A stretch of 63,785 bases of DNA from Gracilinanus agilis (lineage: Eukaryota): contig NC_058134.1 of assembly GCF_016433145.1 (NCBI RefSeq), positions 232,119,241 to 232,183,025 on the forward strand, in the 5' to 3' direction. Both the position numbers and the translations under genes were made by a program. The first letter of the stretch is position 1; each line of letters starts with the position of its first letter. Positions 51,651-63,785 of the stretch are shown here, one piece after another. The notes beneath the pieces were generated by a model. It did not search any database and was not told the DNA's origin. It worked only from the letters and a program-made list of their open reading frames with translations.

Positions 51651-54600
51651 TTTATTTGAATCCCTTCAATATTTGAGCACCTACTATGTACAAGATACAA
51701 AATAAGTTAAGTAGCCTATATTTCTACTGCCCTTTATGGTTTAATAAATGCTTTCCTTATGCCAGGATAAAAAAAGGTAGTATGGTAAATTTTTTTCTTC
51801 CTGTTTAAAGATCAGGAAACTAAGGCTGACAGGTGAAGGATTAATCCAGTATCACACAATCAAGAAATTCCAGGACTGAGATTTGAACCAGGTTTCTCTT
51901 AATTCCAAAGCCAGCACTCTTTCCACTATAACACACTCCCTCACAAACCAACACATGGACTCACTCCTGCTTCTAATATGGTTTTTGTTGTTGTTGTTCC
52001 ATCATGTCTGATTCTTCATGACCCTATTTGGAGTTGACTTGGCAAAGGTTCTTGGATGGTTTGCCATTTCCTTTTCCAGCTCATTTTACAGATGTGAACA
52101 CTGAGACAAACAGGATTAAGTCACTTGCCCAGGTCACACAGCTAGTATCAAAGGCCAGATTTGAACTCAGGAAGGTGACTCTTCCTGAGGTCAGACCTAG
52201 CACTCTATCCACTGCACCACCTCGCTGCTCCTCTATCCACCATGCCAAGCTGCCTCCACTAAAGCCAGACTATTTGTGATAAAGAACCCACTTAGCTGCT
52301 TTTCTGATGACTACAATCATAGGAGAAAGGACAGATGGGAGTAACATGTCCAAATCCCTCATTTTAAAAACTTCTATGTTACTCCCATCCGTCCTTTCTC
52401 CTATGATTGTGATTCCCAATTTCAAAGAAAGGATGGATGGGAGTGCCATAAAAGTTGCATGGTACAGTAGAACGAATACTAGATTTGGAAGTCAAAAGAC
52501 CTGGGTTTCAAATACCATCTCCACCATTTAAAACCTGTATTATGTTCTTGGACAAATCACTTATCCTCTCTTTGTTTCCATTTCCCCCTCTATAAAATGA
52601 GTGGGCTGGATTAAATAAACTCCCAGATATCTCCCAACTCTCAGTCTATGATCCTCTGATCTCATGTCAGTAAGATTACAGATGTGATGGAGCTGTGCCT
52701 TGATAAATGCTGATACCAAGAGAATGACAGTGGCTATCTGATGCAATTGGCATCCAAACAAAAATCCCATTTCCTACATTTTCCTCCTTTTTAAAATGAG
52801 GGAATTGGACTAGAGAACCTCAGAAGTCTTTCTCAGCTCTTGGACTACATTGCTATGAGCTATCTATAAGTTAATAGAGGACCTTCAAGAATTGCTATGG
52901 CCAATATGGCCTCAGACACTTAATAGCTGTGTAACCCTGGACAAGTCTCTTAATTTCAATTGGCTAGCCCCTTCCACTCTTCTGCCTTTGAACCAATACT
53001 TAGGATCAATGCTAAGACAGAAGGTAAGGGGTTTTTTTTTAATAATTTTTATAGCCAGAAAAATTCATCCTTCTATGGACAATCTAATAATGAACCTTTC
53101 TGAACTCAGAAAAGTTTATCCAAACACAACATACATATGTTATTTTCTCAGGGCTATATTCAAAGACAATCCAACTTGGGTGTCTGCCAGAGTAGAGCTC
53201 CTTTAGAATAATCTTCAAAATCCAAGAGTGGTAGAGTAGAAGGAACACTGACACTAAATTTAGTCAGAGGAAACAAATTCAAAACCCACTTCTGATGCTA
53301 TGGCCTTTGGCAAGTCACTTAATGTCTTTGGGCCTCAATTTCTTCATCTGAAAAATTATCAGGTTGGACATAATGGCCTCTAAGGCCTGCTCTAAAACTG
53401 CAATTCTATATTTTTACAGGCGGCTAGTTGATGTAGTAGATTAGAGTACTACACTTGGCATCAAGAAGCCCTAGATTCAAATCCTGCCTCTGAGATATTT
53501 TAACTATGCAATTCTGGGCAAGTCATCTCTTTGAACTTCAGTTTCCTCCCCTATAAAATGAAGGAGTTAGAATGAGTGACCATCAAGGCCACTATATGAC
53601 GAATGATGCTAAGAGAGAAAGCCTGTCTATATTTTTCCTTCATACATTCAGTTGAATAATTTTGTGATTGTATTTTAAGGGAAAAACAAGATGAATCCTA
53701 CTTTTTAAATGTTGACAGAAATTGTTTTTACACAAAGTGACTAATTAAACAAATGTAAATTATGTATATAATAAATTTTCAAAATCATTCTTTTTCAAAA
53801 AGCTCTAAATCTATGATGCTATGATTTTCACACCATGAGGGGTTCTATAGGATAAAACTCACATTTCATATAATTAGTTCCTGTTGCTATGTAGCCCAAG
53901 TTAGGAGGGCAAGCATGAAAAGCTACTTGTCTATACTGATGGGAGAGACATAGTCCTCAGTGTCCCAGTAGGTTCAAAAATTTTCATTCATAGGAGAAGA
54001 GAAGGAAGCCTGCAAGTTTTGATATTTAGGACTCATTGTGCCCTCATGAATGTAGCCAGCACTCCTGTCACATTGAGAAGACAAGATGAATGAGAAGTCT
54101 TTGGCCTTCATGTTGTTCTGTGATTGAACTGAGCATTTGTGACTTTCCATCCTCTGACATATCTTTCTTTCCTTGTCTGAGTTTCTACTCAAGAGGCTGT
54201 GGAGTTTGTGAGTGAGAGGATGAGGCAGATCTTTGTAAAGATGACCTTTTCTTTCTGTCTTTGAGACTATTTTACCCAGTCTGTGGGTTGTTGTTTTAAA
54301 ATTGCTATCATTCAAGAAAGAATTTTTTTCATGTTTCTTTTAACTTGAATTCTAAAACTGAGACTTTAACATGAATTATTGACTCCTTAGTTGGACTTGG
54401 GCAATGACCTAAAATGTTCAAGAATTATGACATGGGAAAGATGGAGGGAAAGGAAAGGATATGTTTTTCTGAGCAAAATCAAGGCAGAAAATTTCAACTC
54501 TAATGGCATCTTGCAATTTTTGCCCATAAACATCTCCAAATGAAAATTTGTTACATAATTATAAAATATAAAATTTTATTCTACCTATAATGGTTAAAAC

Positions 54601-56129
54601 TATATATATATATATACATAAAATTATAAGACTCTGCAATGAAAAATAGTTGCAAATACTTTATGTAAGACATTCTAAAAGAATTGAAAGAAGTACCCTA
54701 GCTAGACCTCAAATGCTTAGTATATTTCTATATCAAATTTGTTTGTTTTACATATTTTGTTCAGTACAAATAACATTTCAGAGAAATAAGCAATAACTTG
54801 GAATCTGTTTAACATAGTAGGATAATTATAGGTAACCTTAATTTTGATATTGGACTTTTTAATTTGAATAAAAGTTTGCAGTATTTGGTCCAACACCAAA
54901 AAAAAAAATCATTCGTATTTCCTCAATAATCATCCCAAGGTAACATCATATATTGGATAGAGCAGTCTGCCATATGCCTTTCAACTTAATTTTCTTTTCT
55001 ATCTTGTCTTCTCCAATTAAAGTATGAGCTCCTTGAGGGCAAGGACGATCTTGATTTTTCTATGTGTTAGCCAATGAGCATATACTGTCTACTCTGAACT
55101 AGACACTTTGCTAAGCCCTGAGATTACAAATAAAGGTAAAAGACAGTCCCTGTTATCAAGGAACTCACAATCTAATGGGAGAGACAGCATGCCAACAACT
55201 ATGTACAAATAGTCTAAACATACACTGGATAAACTGGAAATAATCAACAGAAGGAAGGCACTAGAATTAAGAAAAATCAAGAAAGGTTTCCTCCTAGAAG
55301 GTGAAAGTTTAGCTGGAATCTGAACAAATCCATGAGGGAAGGAGCACATTTAGCACAATGCTGAGATGCTTCATAAATGCTTTATGATTCATTTTCAGTT
55401 ATTTGTAGAAAGTAGCTTAGAGACAAGAGCTGTATTCAAGTATAGAGTGACCTTAGACAAGTCACTTAAACCATCAGTCCCCACTGTAATTCTCTGAATC
55501 TCAGGTTTCAGCAAAGGTACTGATCCATATTGTAAAGAGAACATCCTCATTTGGGAGTTCCCTAAATCAATGAAATCCCAAGTCCAGTCCATCTCCCTAA
55601 TAATAGCTAACTTTTATATATTGCTTTAAGATGTGCAAAGCTTCATGGAAAAGGTCAAGTGTAAAGTACAAGTACCGTAAAAATGTCAGCTTTTAACTCT
55701 TCGGAAGTCTTTAGAGTGACCACTGAACTGAATTTAAACAGCTGGAGCTATGACTCTGTTCCATGAAACTTGATCCCAAGCCTGTGCCATCCCTGGCGGC
55801 ACCCTGAAGATGCACTGTGGGAAGAGAAGCAGGAATGTACCTAGCCACCAGCCATCCCTTAAACCCTGACAGATGGGAGAGACTGTGGCTTGTTCCTCTT
55901 TGTATCCCCCACTCCCTCACAATGAGCCTAGTGCGTCGTAGATGTCAGCCAAGGTTTGTGACTGAAGGGACATCAGAGGGCAAGCTTTTATTCAGCACCT
56001 GCTCTTTGCCAGGAGCTGTACTAGGTACTGAGGGTACAAAAACAAAGGAGGAATTGTGTCTGCCTTCAAATAGCTTAGTTCTAAGGAGGAAGCATCATGT
56101 ATATGTGTGTGAGTCTATATGAGTGTGGG

Positions 56130-56162
<33 letters not shown>

Positions 56163-56522
56163 ACTCTTATATACAAACACACATTTATATATATCATATA
56201 TTTATACTCCTATTCATGGGCATGTTGCTTTTCCCTCTCTAGAAAGATGGATGGATAGATAGCCAGGATGAGTATGTATGTGTATATATATATAATATAC
56301 ATATACAGGAAGATGAATATGTATATATATATTCATCTTCCTGAATTCAAATCTGGCCTCAGATATTTTCTAGCTGTGTGACCCTTGGCAGGTCATTTAA
56401 CCCTGTTTGCCTCAGTTTCCTCATCTGTAAAATGATTTGGAAAAGAAAACGGTGAGTCACTCTAGTATCTTTACCTAAACAGGGTCATAAAGAGTTGGAC
56501 ATTACTAAAAAAAACTACTAGA

Positions 56523-56717
56523 GGGGGCAGCTGGGTAGCTCAGTGGATTGAGAGCCAGGCCTGGAGACGGGAGGTCCTGGGTTCAAATTTGGCCTCAGAC
56601 ACTTCCCAGCTGTGTGACCCTGGGCAAGTCACTTCACCCCCATTGCCCACCCTTACCACTCTTCCACCAAGGATTCAATACACAAAAGTTAAGGTTTAAA
56701 AAAAAAAAAAGAAGAAG
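56523..56717 (+). mobile_element. Young SINE1-type element
   Basis: Full head and A tail. TSD aaactactaga at 56512-56522 and 56718-56728. Confidence 0.9.
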
Positions 56718-58092
56718 AAACTACTAGAAAAAATATATATTCACACTATATTGTGCCTTATGTCTGTTTTGTTTTTAAATAAGTACACACTACACACACA
56801 CACACATATATATTATACACACATGCAAAATAAATATAATGTACCCTGGTCAAGTAGATAATAGGACTAGTAGCTACAAAACCCCCATGGTGAAGGAATC
56901 ACTTGATCTGTCTTGAAGGAAGCCAGGGATTCCAAGAGGCAGAATTGGGAAGGAAGCCCATTCCATATGGGGATAGTAACCCTAAAGAACAAAAATAAAA
57001 TAAATTTACAATTGAGGAAAATTTCCACTATAGGAAACCAATTGCAATCCTTAAAACACTATAGAAATGCAAATTGTTGCTTTTATTAGCAAGTTACTTT
57101 GGTAGCCTGAGAGGTTGACAGTTCAATAAGTTCTTTTTTTTTTTTCAATTTGGTATTTATTTTTTTAACTTTCATTTTTTATTTTGAACTCCAAATTCTC
57201 TCCTCTCTAGCCCTTCCCCTACTCATTGAAAAAGCAAGCAGGATGATAACAATTCTATATGCAAAGTTAAGTAAAATATAAATACAGACTTTTAAAATTC
57301 TTAGACAAGAATCCCCATCCCAGCTCTGTCCCTAACTGGCTGTGGGACTGAGTAACCTTACTTACCTGATCCTCAGTTTCTTCATCTGTAAAACAACAGT
57401 CTATATTATATGATCTCTGAACTTAACCACACTGCACAAAAATAATAATAAACTATCTTCTAAAAAATACTTTAAAATTTCCAATTTCATTCAGGCTGAC
57501 TACTCAGCTAGTTATTTGACACTATTGAAATTTTACTGCTTTTGAAATGAGTCTAAATCATCACTTGTGCTCTGAATTGCTGCCCTACAGCCACCATTTA
57601 CAAAATGGGACTCTACTGAGTGACCAGGAACACCGAATGCCATTCCACAAGGGTGGACAAGATTTCATGTGAAAGATCGCCAGTGGCTGGCTGTGTGGTT
57701 GTGTATCATTGGAGAGCTGGGTTGGTTGGTTGGTTTTTCATAAGGCTGTACCCATAGTAATGAGATCCCTTAGAGCAAAAGCTGGAAGTTTGGATGTGGG
57801 ATACACATGGGCTCTGGCAGGCCTTCAGCAAAAATCTGGGTCCAACAGCTTCAGAAAATTGAATTTGGGCAGTAAGTTTTTAGGCATATTTCAAACATAA
57901 CATAGTCAAATATTAACATTGCTTATTCACCTAGTATGATGGTTAATAAACAGTCTGCTTTTTAAAGGGGAAGGAAAGAGAAGGAATAGAGAAGGGAAGA
58001 GAAAAGGGAAAGAGAAGTAGAGAGGGAAGAGAAAAGGAGAGGAAAAGGAAGGGTAAGGGAGAAGCATTTGTTAAATATCTACTGTATGCCAG

Positions 58093-58335
58093 GGGGCAGC
58101 AAGATGGTGCCATAGTGCATAAAGCACCGGGCCTGGAGTCATGAAGACTCATCTTCCTGAGTTCAAATCCAGCCTCAGATATTTACTAATTAAGTAATCC
58201 TAAAACAAATCATTTAACCCTGTTTGCCTCAATTTCCTCACTTGTAAAGTGACCTGGAAAAGAAAATGGTGAACCATTCTAGAATCTTCACCCAAATGGG
58301 GTCACAAAGAGTTGAACGCTACTACAAAACAACAG
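58093..58335 (+). mobile_element. MAR1 CORE-SINE
   Basis: Head gggggcagcaagatggtgcc...gggcctggagtc, core and tail. Confidence 0.8.
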
Positions 58336-59514
58336 GGGGAAAAAGTGTGTGTGTATATATAATGTTATTATATATTACTATAATAACATAATAATAACTT
58401 ATTAATACACACTTACACCACATTGTACCTTATATCTATTTTGTTTTAAAATAAATACACATACACATGTGCACACACACATATACAAAATAAATATAAG
58501 GTAACCTCGGCAAGGAACGTAATCCTCTAAGCCTCAGTTTCCTCATCTGTAAAATAAGCTGGAAAGGGAAATGGCAAATTACTCCAATGTCTTTGCCAAG
58601 AAAACTCCAAATGGGGTCATAAAGAGTCAGATACAACTAAACAACAAAACTATATGCCAGGCACTCTGCTAAGCACTTTACAAATATTATCTCATAATGA
58701 AAGCACTAACTGCTACTGCTTCTCCTTTTTGGAGTCAAGAAGACCTGGGTTCAACTCCACCATTGGTGTTTACTAACTAGGAGACCTGGGGCAAGTCCCA
58801 TGGCTTCTCTGTGACTAGGACAGCTTCCTCACCCCTCAGTGGGTCACCTAATATGCCTCAGGCACCAGTAACACAAAACAGATATGAAATAGGCCCCATA
58901 CTCAGTACCTGGCACATAGTAGGTACTTAATAAATGCTAGTTGACTGAGTTGACTAAATGAAAAAGTTTATCAGGGGAGATAAAAGTGTATAAATGTAGA
59001 TATAAACAAGATATGTCTGAAAGAAAGACAAGACAATTGGGGGGCAAATAGACACTAGCAGCTGGGAGGCTCAGGAAAGACTTTTTTGTAGAAATTGGCT
59101 CCTTCTAAAAGCTAAATTTTAAAGGAAACCAAGGATTCAGAAAATCAGAAGTAAAGAGATAGAGCATTCCAGGCAAAGGCATAGAGGTAGGAGATGTAGC
59201 ATCAGGTATGAAGAATGGGAAGAAGGCTAATTTGGTTGGACCACAGGGTAGGAGGAGAAGTAGTTTGTAATTGTAAAAATTAAAACAAATTAATTTTAAT
59301 TAATCAATAATTGAAAATAGTTTGGAGCTAAGTTGTATGTTGTAAAGGGTTTTAAATGCCAAATAGTGGATAGAGGTAATAGGAAGCCACTTAAGTTTAT
59401 TCACCAGAGAATAGCATAATCAGGCCTTTGTTTTAAAGAAAATCACTTGGACAGTTCTGTGGGAAATATCTGGAAAGGAGAGACCAATTGGGAGATTATT
59501 TCAATAGTCTAGAC

Positions 59515-60091
59515 CAGAGGTGTCAAACAGAGGCCCACAGGCACATACAATCTACAACAATCCCCAAAGTGGCCAGAACCAGATTAAAATGTAACTGGGA
59601 AGGGCAACGAGGTGTCTCAGTGGATAGAGTGGGAGACCTAGAGTTGGGAACCCCTAGGTTAAAATCTGACCTCAGTCTCTTTCTAGCTATGTGACCCCAA
59701 AAGTGGGCGCTACCACCCCTTGGTGGGTGCTGCAGCAATCCAGGGAAGCAGTGATGGCCACACTTTTTTTGTATTACATTCTATTCTGAGTTCAATAAAT
59801 AGTTTCATAATTTCCAGGGGGTGCTAAGTAATATTTTTTCTGGAAAGGGAGTGGTAGACCAAAAAAGTTTGGGAACCACTGGATTAGCCTTTACCCTTTT
59901 GTCTTAGAGTTGTTGCTAAGGCAGAAAATAAGGGGTTTGTTTTTTAAATGAAATTGAGAAATATTACAAAATAAATTAAAATACAATAAAATATAGATAA
60001 TATTACATTTAAAATTAAATCACTATGTGGCTTGCAAAGTTCCTTATAAATGACTTAGTGACTCCATTTCTATTTAAGTTTGACACCCCTA
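59515..60091. mobile_element. Second hAT MITE family, interrupted by a SINE and the inner MITE
   Basis: TIRs cagaggtgtcaaac / gtttgacaccccta. TSD gtctagac (59507-59514) / gtctaaag (60092-60099). Confidence 0.75.
59696..59881. mobile_element. Related hAT MITE with a damaged left end, nested in a SINE
   Basis: Left body aagtgggcgc..gtgggtgctgcagc and right end aaaagtttgggaaccactg are shared with the 44769 element. Confidence 0.8.
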
Positions 60092-61122
60092 GTCTAAAGA
60101 AGAGGTGATCAGAACGTGGACTAAGATGGTAGCCTTGAGAGAAGGGGAAGGATATAAGAGATGAGATGACAAAAATCTTGATCGGATATATGAGATCAAA
60201 GAGAGAAAAATTATAGACAAGTTACAATCAGCATTGGAAGAATGAGTTCTCATGTTGATGGAAAGTATTGATACACCAGTACAATCTCACATGCTTAGGT
60301 TACTTTTTATTTATGTAAATGGATTAGAATCCACCAGTCCCAGCCTTGCCATGAATGGTATGATTTTGGGAGGCTCACTTAAATATCTTGAACCTCAGTT
60401 TCCTCATTTACGAAATGAGGATGTTGGATTAGATGATTTTTTTTCTGTAGCCCCTTCTACTTCCAGAATTCTCTGACTCTTGATAAAAGTCCTAGAGATG
60501 CTACATGTCCCTGGCCAAGTCACTTAACCCCATAGTCTAGCCCTGACCACTCTTCTGCCTTAGAAATAATACGTTGTTTAATTCTAAGAAGGAAGGTAAG
60601 ATTTTTGTTTTTTTATTTAAGTTCCAGAGATATACTTTATATGAAAGAATTATATTAGGGCTTTGCAGAGAAAAGAGAATACATTGAAAAGGTCAAAGAT
60701 ATTTCAAAAAATGGTTTTTTTTCCTATTTAAAATAAGAATTTCAGTAATACATAATCATGCCATCTCAAACAGCTGATGAGCCATTGCCAGGGGCTTTTT
60801 AGATCCAAGAGGCAACTCACTGGAGGATAGGGAAAAAAAAAAAAACAAGGGGAATACCTGTCCCAACTAAGGAAAGAACATGAAGTTTAAAGGGAAATAA
60901 TTGAAAATAGAAAGTCATTATTACCCAGAAGTTCACTTGGATGGGCCCTTTGGTCAGTTCCCAGGAAACGATCTGTTTTACCAGTTTCAGAAATCTGACC
61001 CTGCTGCCCAGCAAGCCATCCAGATAGCTGTAGAAGGTGAGGGAGAAATGGGGCCACCCAGCAATCACTGGATGCTAGTAGCTATTCTAGAAAAAGATGC
61101 GATGGCCCTAGCCTTCACTTTT

Positions 61123-61328
61123 TTTTTTTTTTAATTTTTTTTTTTAATTTTTTAAACCCTTAACTTCTGTGTATTGACTTATAGGTGGAAGAGTGGTAAG
61201 GGTAGGCAATGGGGGTCAAGTGACTTGCCCAGGGTCACACAGCTGGGAAGTGTCTGAGGCCGGATCTGAACCTAGGACCTCCCGTCTCTAGGCCTGGCTC
61301 TCAATCCACTGAGCTACCCAGCTGCCCC
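61123..61328 (-). mobile_element. Young SINE1-type element
   Basis: Reverse-complement head and T tail. TSD ccctagccttcactttt at 61106-61122 and 61329-61345. Confidence 0.9.
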
Positions 61329-62379
61329 CCCTAGCCTTCACTTTTACTGTTACTTTACTCTGTGTAGTTTTCATTTTGATGCAGTCTTTGACATTGCTAT
61401 TTTTTGCTAGCTCTCTGGATGTTGTGATTATGCTACTCCTCTCTTATAATGCCTCTTGTTGCCATCTGCTCAGGAATGCTGTGGATGATTATGATTTTTA
61501 GTTGCTCAGCAACTCTGAGGCCTCATCTTAACCATGATCTAGGATTTCAGAGGATCTTTTTTTAATGAAAAAAATATTTTTTGGCAAAGATACATGAGAA
61601 AGGCCAGATCATATTTTTCTTTCACCATTTCCCTGCAATGTGTTATTTGGGTTGGTTTGGTGTGTGATGGCCCTAGAATGTACTGAGGTAATAAAGGGTC
61701 ATTATCAGCTTACTTTGCAAAGGTGGAAATCAAAGGCCACCTACGGTAGAAAGGCCAGGCAGGGCATTGAATTAGTACACTAAATTTAGAGTCGGGAAGA
61801 CTTGAGTTCTAATTGCCCTCCTATATTCATCCATTGTATGATCCTGGGCAAATTATCTCACCTCTGTGGGCTTCTGTAAAATGTCAGGGTGTAGATTCAG
61901 TGACCTCCAAGATTCTTTCCCACTCCAAATTCATGGTCTTTTGATTGTTAGGGAGAGAATGAGAAATCCTCTTCCAATCCTATGTTTCCCCATACCCCAA
62001 CACATAGGCATAGACTCTTTTGTAGCCATTGAACAGGCTTTGAAGCTTTGGAGAACACACTGTTTTTCCTCAAGTTGCTCTAATGGAAAGATGTATATGT
62101 TTTCAAAATTGAATAATAACTAATGGGAAAATCTTCCAATTTTATTGGCTTGTTATCAGTCATTAAAGATAGTGCAATAAAAAGTTTTGATCTTTACAAA
62201 GGTTTTCTGAAAGCTGCAAGGGAGGGGAAGATATCTTAAATGGGGATACAGAGGGATGTGATAAAGGGAGAGAAGCACAAAAGAATTTCAGTTCTAGGGA
62301 TGGGGTGGTAAATTCCTATTTCTTCAACTGGAGTCCAGAAAAAGTCATCCTTTCTGGTTAAATTGAATTTCCTGTACAA

Positions 62380-62745
62380 ACTTTTCCTCCTGACTTTTAT
62401 TGTTAGTGATGCATAGAAATGCTCATGGTTTGGTTTTTTTCATTCATTTTGTAACCAAAGCTTTTTAAATCATCTGTTAGAGGTTTTTTTGCTGATTCTC
62501 TGAGGTTTTCTAATTATCTGCAAAGAGGGATACATTTCCTCTCTGCTGATATAGATAACTTTAATCTCTCTCATCTTAATATTTTAGCTACCATTTCTAT
62601 ATGTCAGATAATAGCAGAGCACAATAGGCATCCTTATTTTATCTGTCTCTCTTAAGAAAACTTCCATTGTTTCTGTATTAGAAATGATAGCTTTTGGCTT
62701 TATTTATATACTTTGTATGATTTTAAAGAAAAAACCTATTTCTTT
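62380..62745 (-). mobile_element. Old L1 ORF2 fragment
   Basis: T-rich, with ttgctgattctctgaggttttcta..atctgcaaagagggata and aataggcatcctt, typical of antisense L1 ORF2. Confidence 0.65.
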
Positions 62746-63053
62746 TGGCAAATATGAAAAACAACAGTTTTCTTTTCCAAAGACTGACGTTATACTTAAT
62801 TGTTACTCTCTGACAGGATCATGGTTTTTTCATTAGCTTGAAATGTAATCAACCAGTCAAAAATCAATTTCATTAGAAAAGAAAATGATTTTGAATTAAA
62901 TTAATAAAACTCAAAAAATGTAAATCATTTATAAGTTTAAATGTCATTCTTTACAATTTTGTTGATTTTCCTAGTATACTCTTTGAGTCCACTTGGGCAG
63001 TTGTCGATGTTGAATTCTTTTCAAGATAAGATATAGTTTTCTGTTTATATCAG

Positions 63054-63128
63054 CAGTCGTCTGTCTGTGAAATATGGACCAACCAGAATGCAGGATTTCC
63101 ATTCTCAGCGATCCATCAGGTTCATAAT
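63054..63128 (+). CDS. ANKS1B: ANKS1B short exon, 75 nt (72 nt from the distal acceptor), phase 0-0 (QSSVCEIWTNQNAGFPFSAIHQVHN), probably an alternative cassette
   Basis: Acceptor ttttctgtttatatcag|cag|TCG and donor AAT|gtaaga. Open and in frame after ...MAQ. The peptide matches an ANKS1B isoform insert recalled as lying just before TGDWGEPS. Confidence 0.88.
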
Positions 63129-63785
63129 GTAAGACAATGAACGGTTATGTTCTCTTTATCAGTTTGCACCGTGTGATGTCTTGCCAAGTGTTGTGAGCAG
63201 TTATCTACAGGTGCTATGTCCTCAAAGTGCCAGATGGTTTGTAATGTCCCCTGATACCTAAGGTTTTTTGTCTGTGCCTTCATTTATCATGCCTTGTAAT
63301 TCGTCGGTGTGGAACAAACATGTCCAGAGTCAGAGTATACTCAGCTTTTAAAGTCTTCAGTCACAACCTACCCCATGTCGGTCTTGATCTTTATTCCCGA
63401 TGTCTGCGTTGACTTGCTTTTGCAGGGAAGGTGGAAAAAAACTAAGCTAATATGTCCATTTGTCCACTTCCTTCCCATTTTGTATTTTTTTCCCTCTTCA
63501 TGAGGTACTTATCCCCACCACCCTTGTGTCTGATGTGCCCTAGCACAGAGGTCTATGCTCTTTGCTTATAGCCAGACTAATCTTAGTATGATTTGCATGA
63601 TGATTTGTATGAATTTCATGCAGTTTGTTCAAGAACAGAAAAATATGCCACAGAGGTGCCAATTCCTAGCTAAACAGTAATTCTCAACCTTTCACATGTG
63701 ATAGTAGCTTTATCTGACCATAGGAGGTCAGTAAAATTTCTACCCATTTTGCTCCAAAAATACTTAACATTAGAACTTTTCTGAT

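Larger units (their letters stand above)
58990..60200 (-). mobile_element. L2 remnant hosting the nested insertions
   Basis: ggagagaccaattgggagattatttcaatagtcta|..agaggtgatcag..ggactaagatggtag is continuous across the hAT insertion. Confidence 0.65.

Noticed and set aside
60901-61134. Protein-like ORF MKIESHYYPEVHLDG...
   Set aside because: It starts at TTG, has no polypyrimidine acceptor, ends in a SINE T tail and matches no protein I recognise.
1-63785. CRISPR array, rRNA or other prokaryotic-type system
   Set aside because: The dispersed repeats are irregularly spaced SINEs in both orientations, and there are no regular repeat-spacer units or rRNA-like sequence.

Overview
AT-rich, CpG-poor, repeat-dense mammalian DNA with three short N gaps. 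The repeats include young tRNA-derived SINE1-type elements with TSDs, MAR1/MIR CORE-SINEs, L2, L3/CR1, L1 remnants and hAT MITEs. This points to a marsupial, most likely an opossum such as Monodelphis (inferred, not verified). The window lies inside ANKS1B (AIDA-1) on the + strand. Three phase-0 coding exons were recognised by translation and splice signals: 33948-34055 (end of SAM2), 37424-37603 (linker) and 63054-63128 (short exon with a NAGNAG acceptor). The exons encoding the rest of SAM2 and the PTB domain were not found, so everything else is intron. Almost all ORFs in the supplied track are repeat-derived or chance. I found no evidence of a wholly new gene system. The best leads are a candidate internal promoter/5' exon, a 288-nt exon pair that would form a stop-free circle, complementary pyrimidine and purine tracts bracketing an exon, three short-range SINE-plus-flank duplications, a SINE carrying an apparent 3' transduction, and a four-layer nested insertion. 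Repeat boundaries and identities were read by eye; repeat family names come from recall of consensus sequences.
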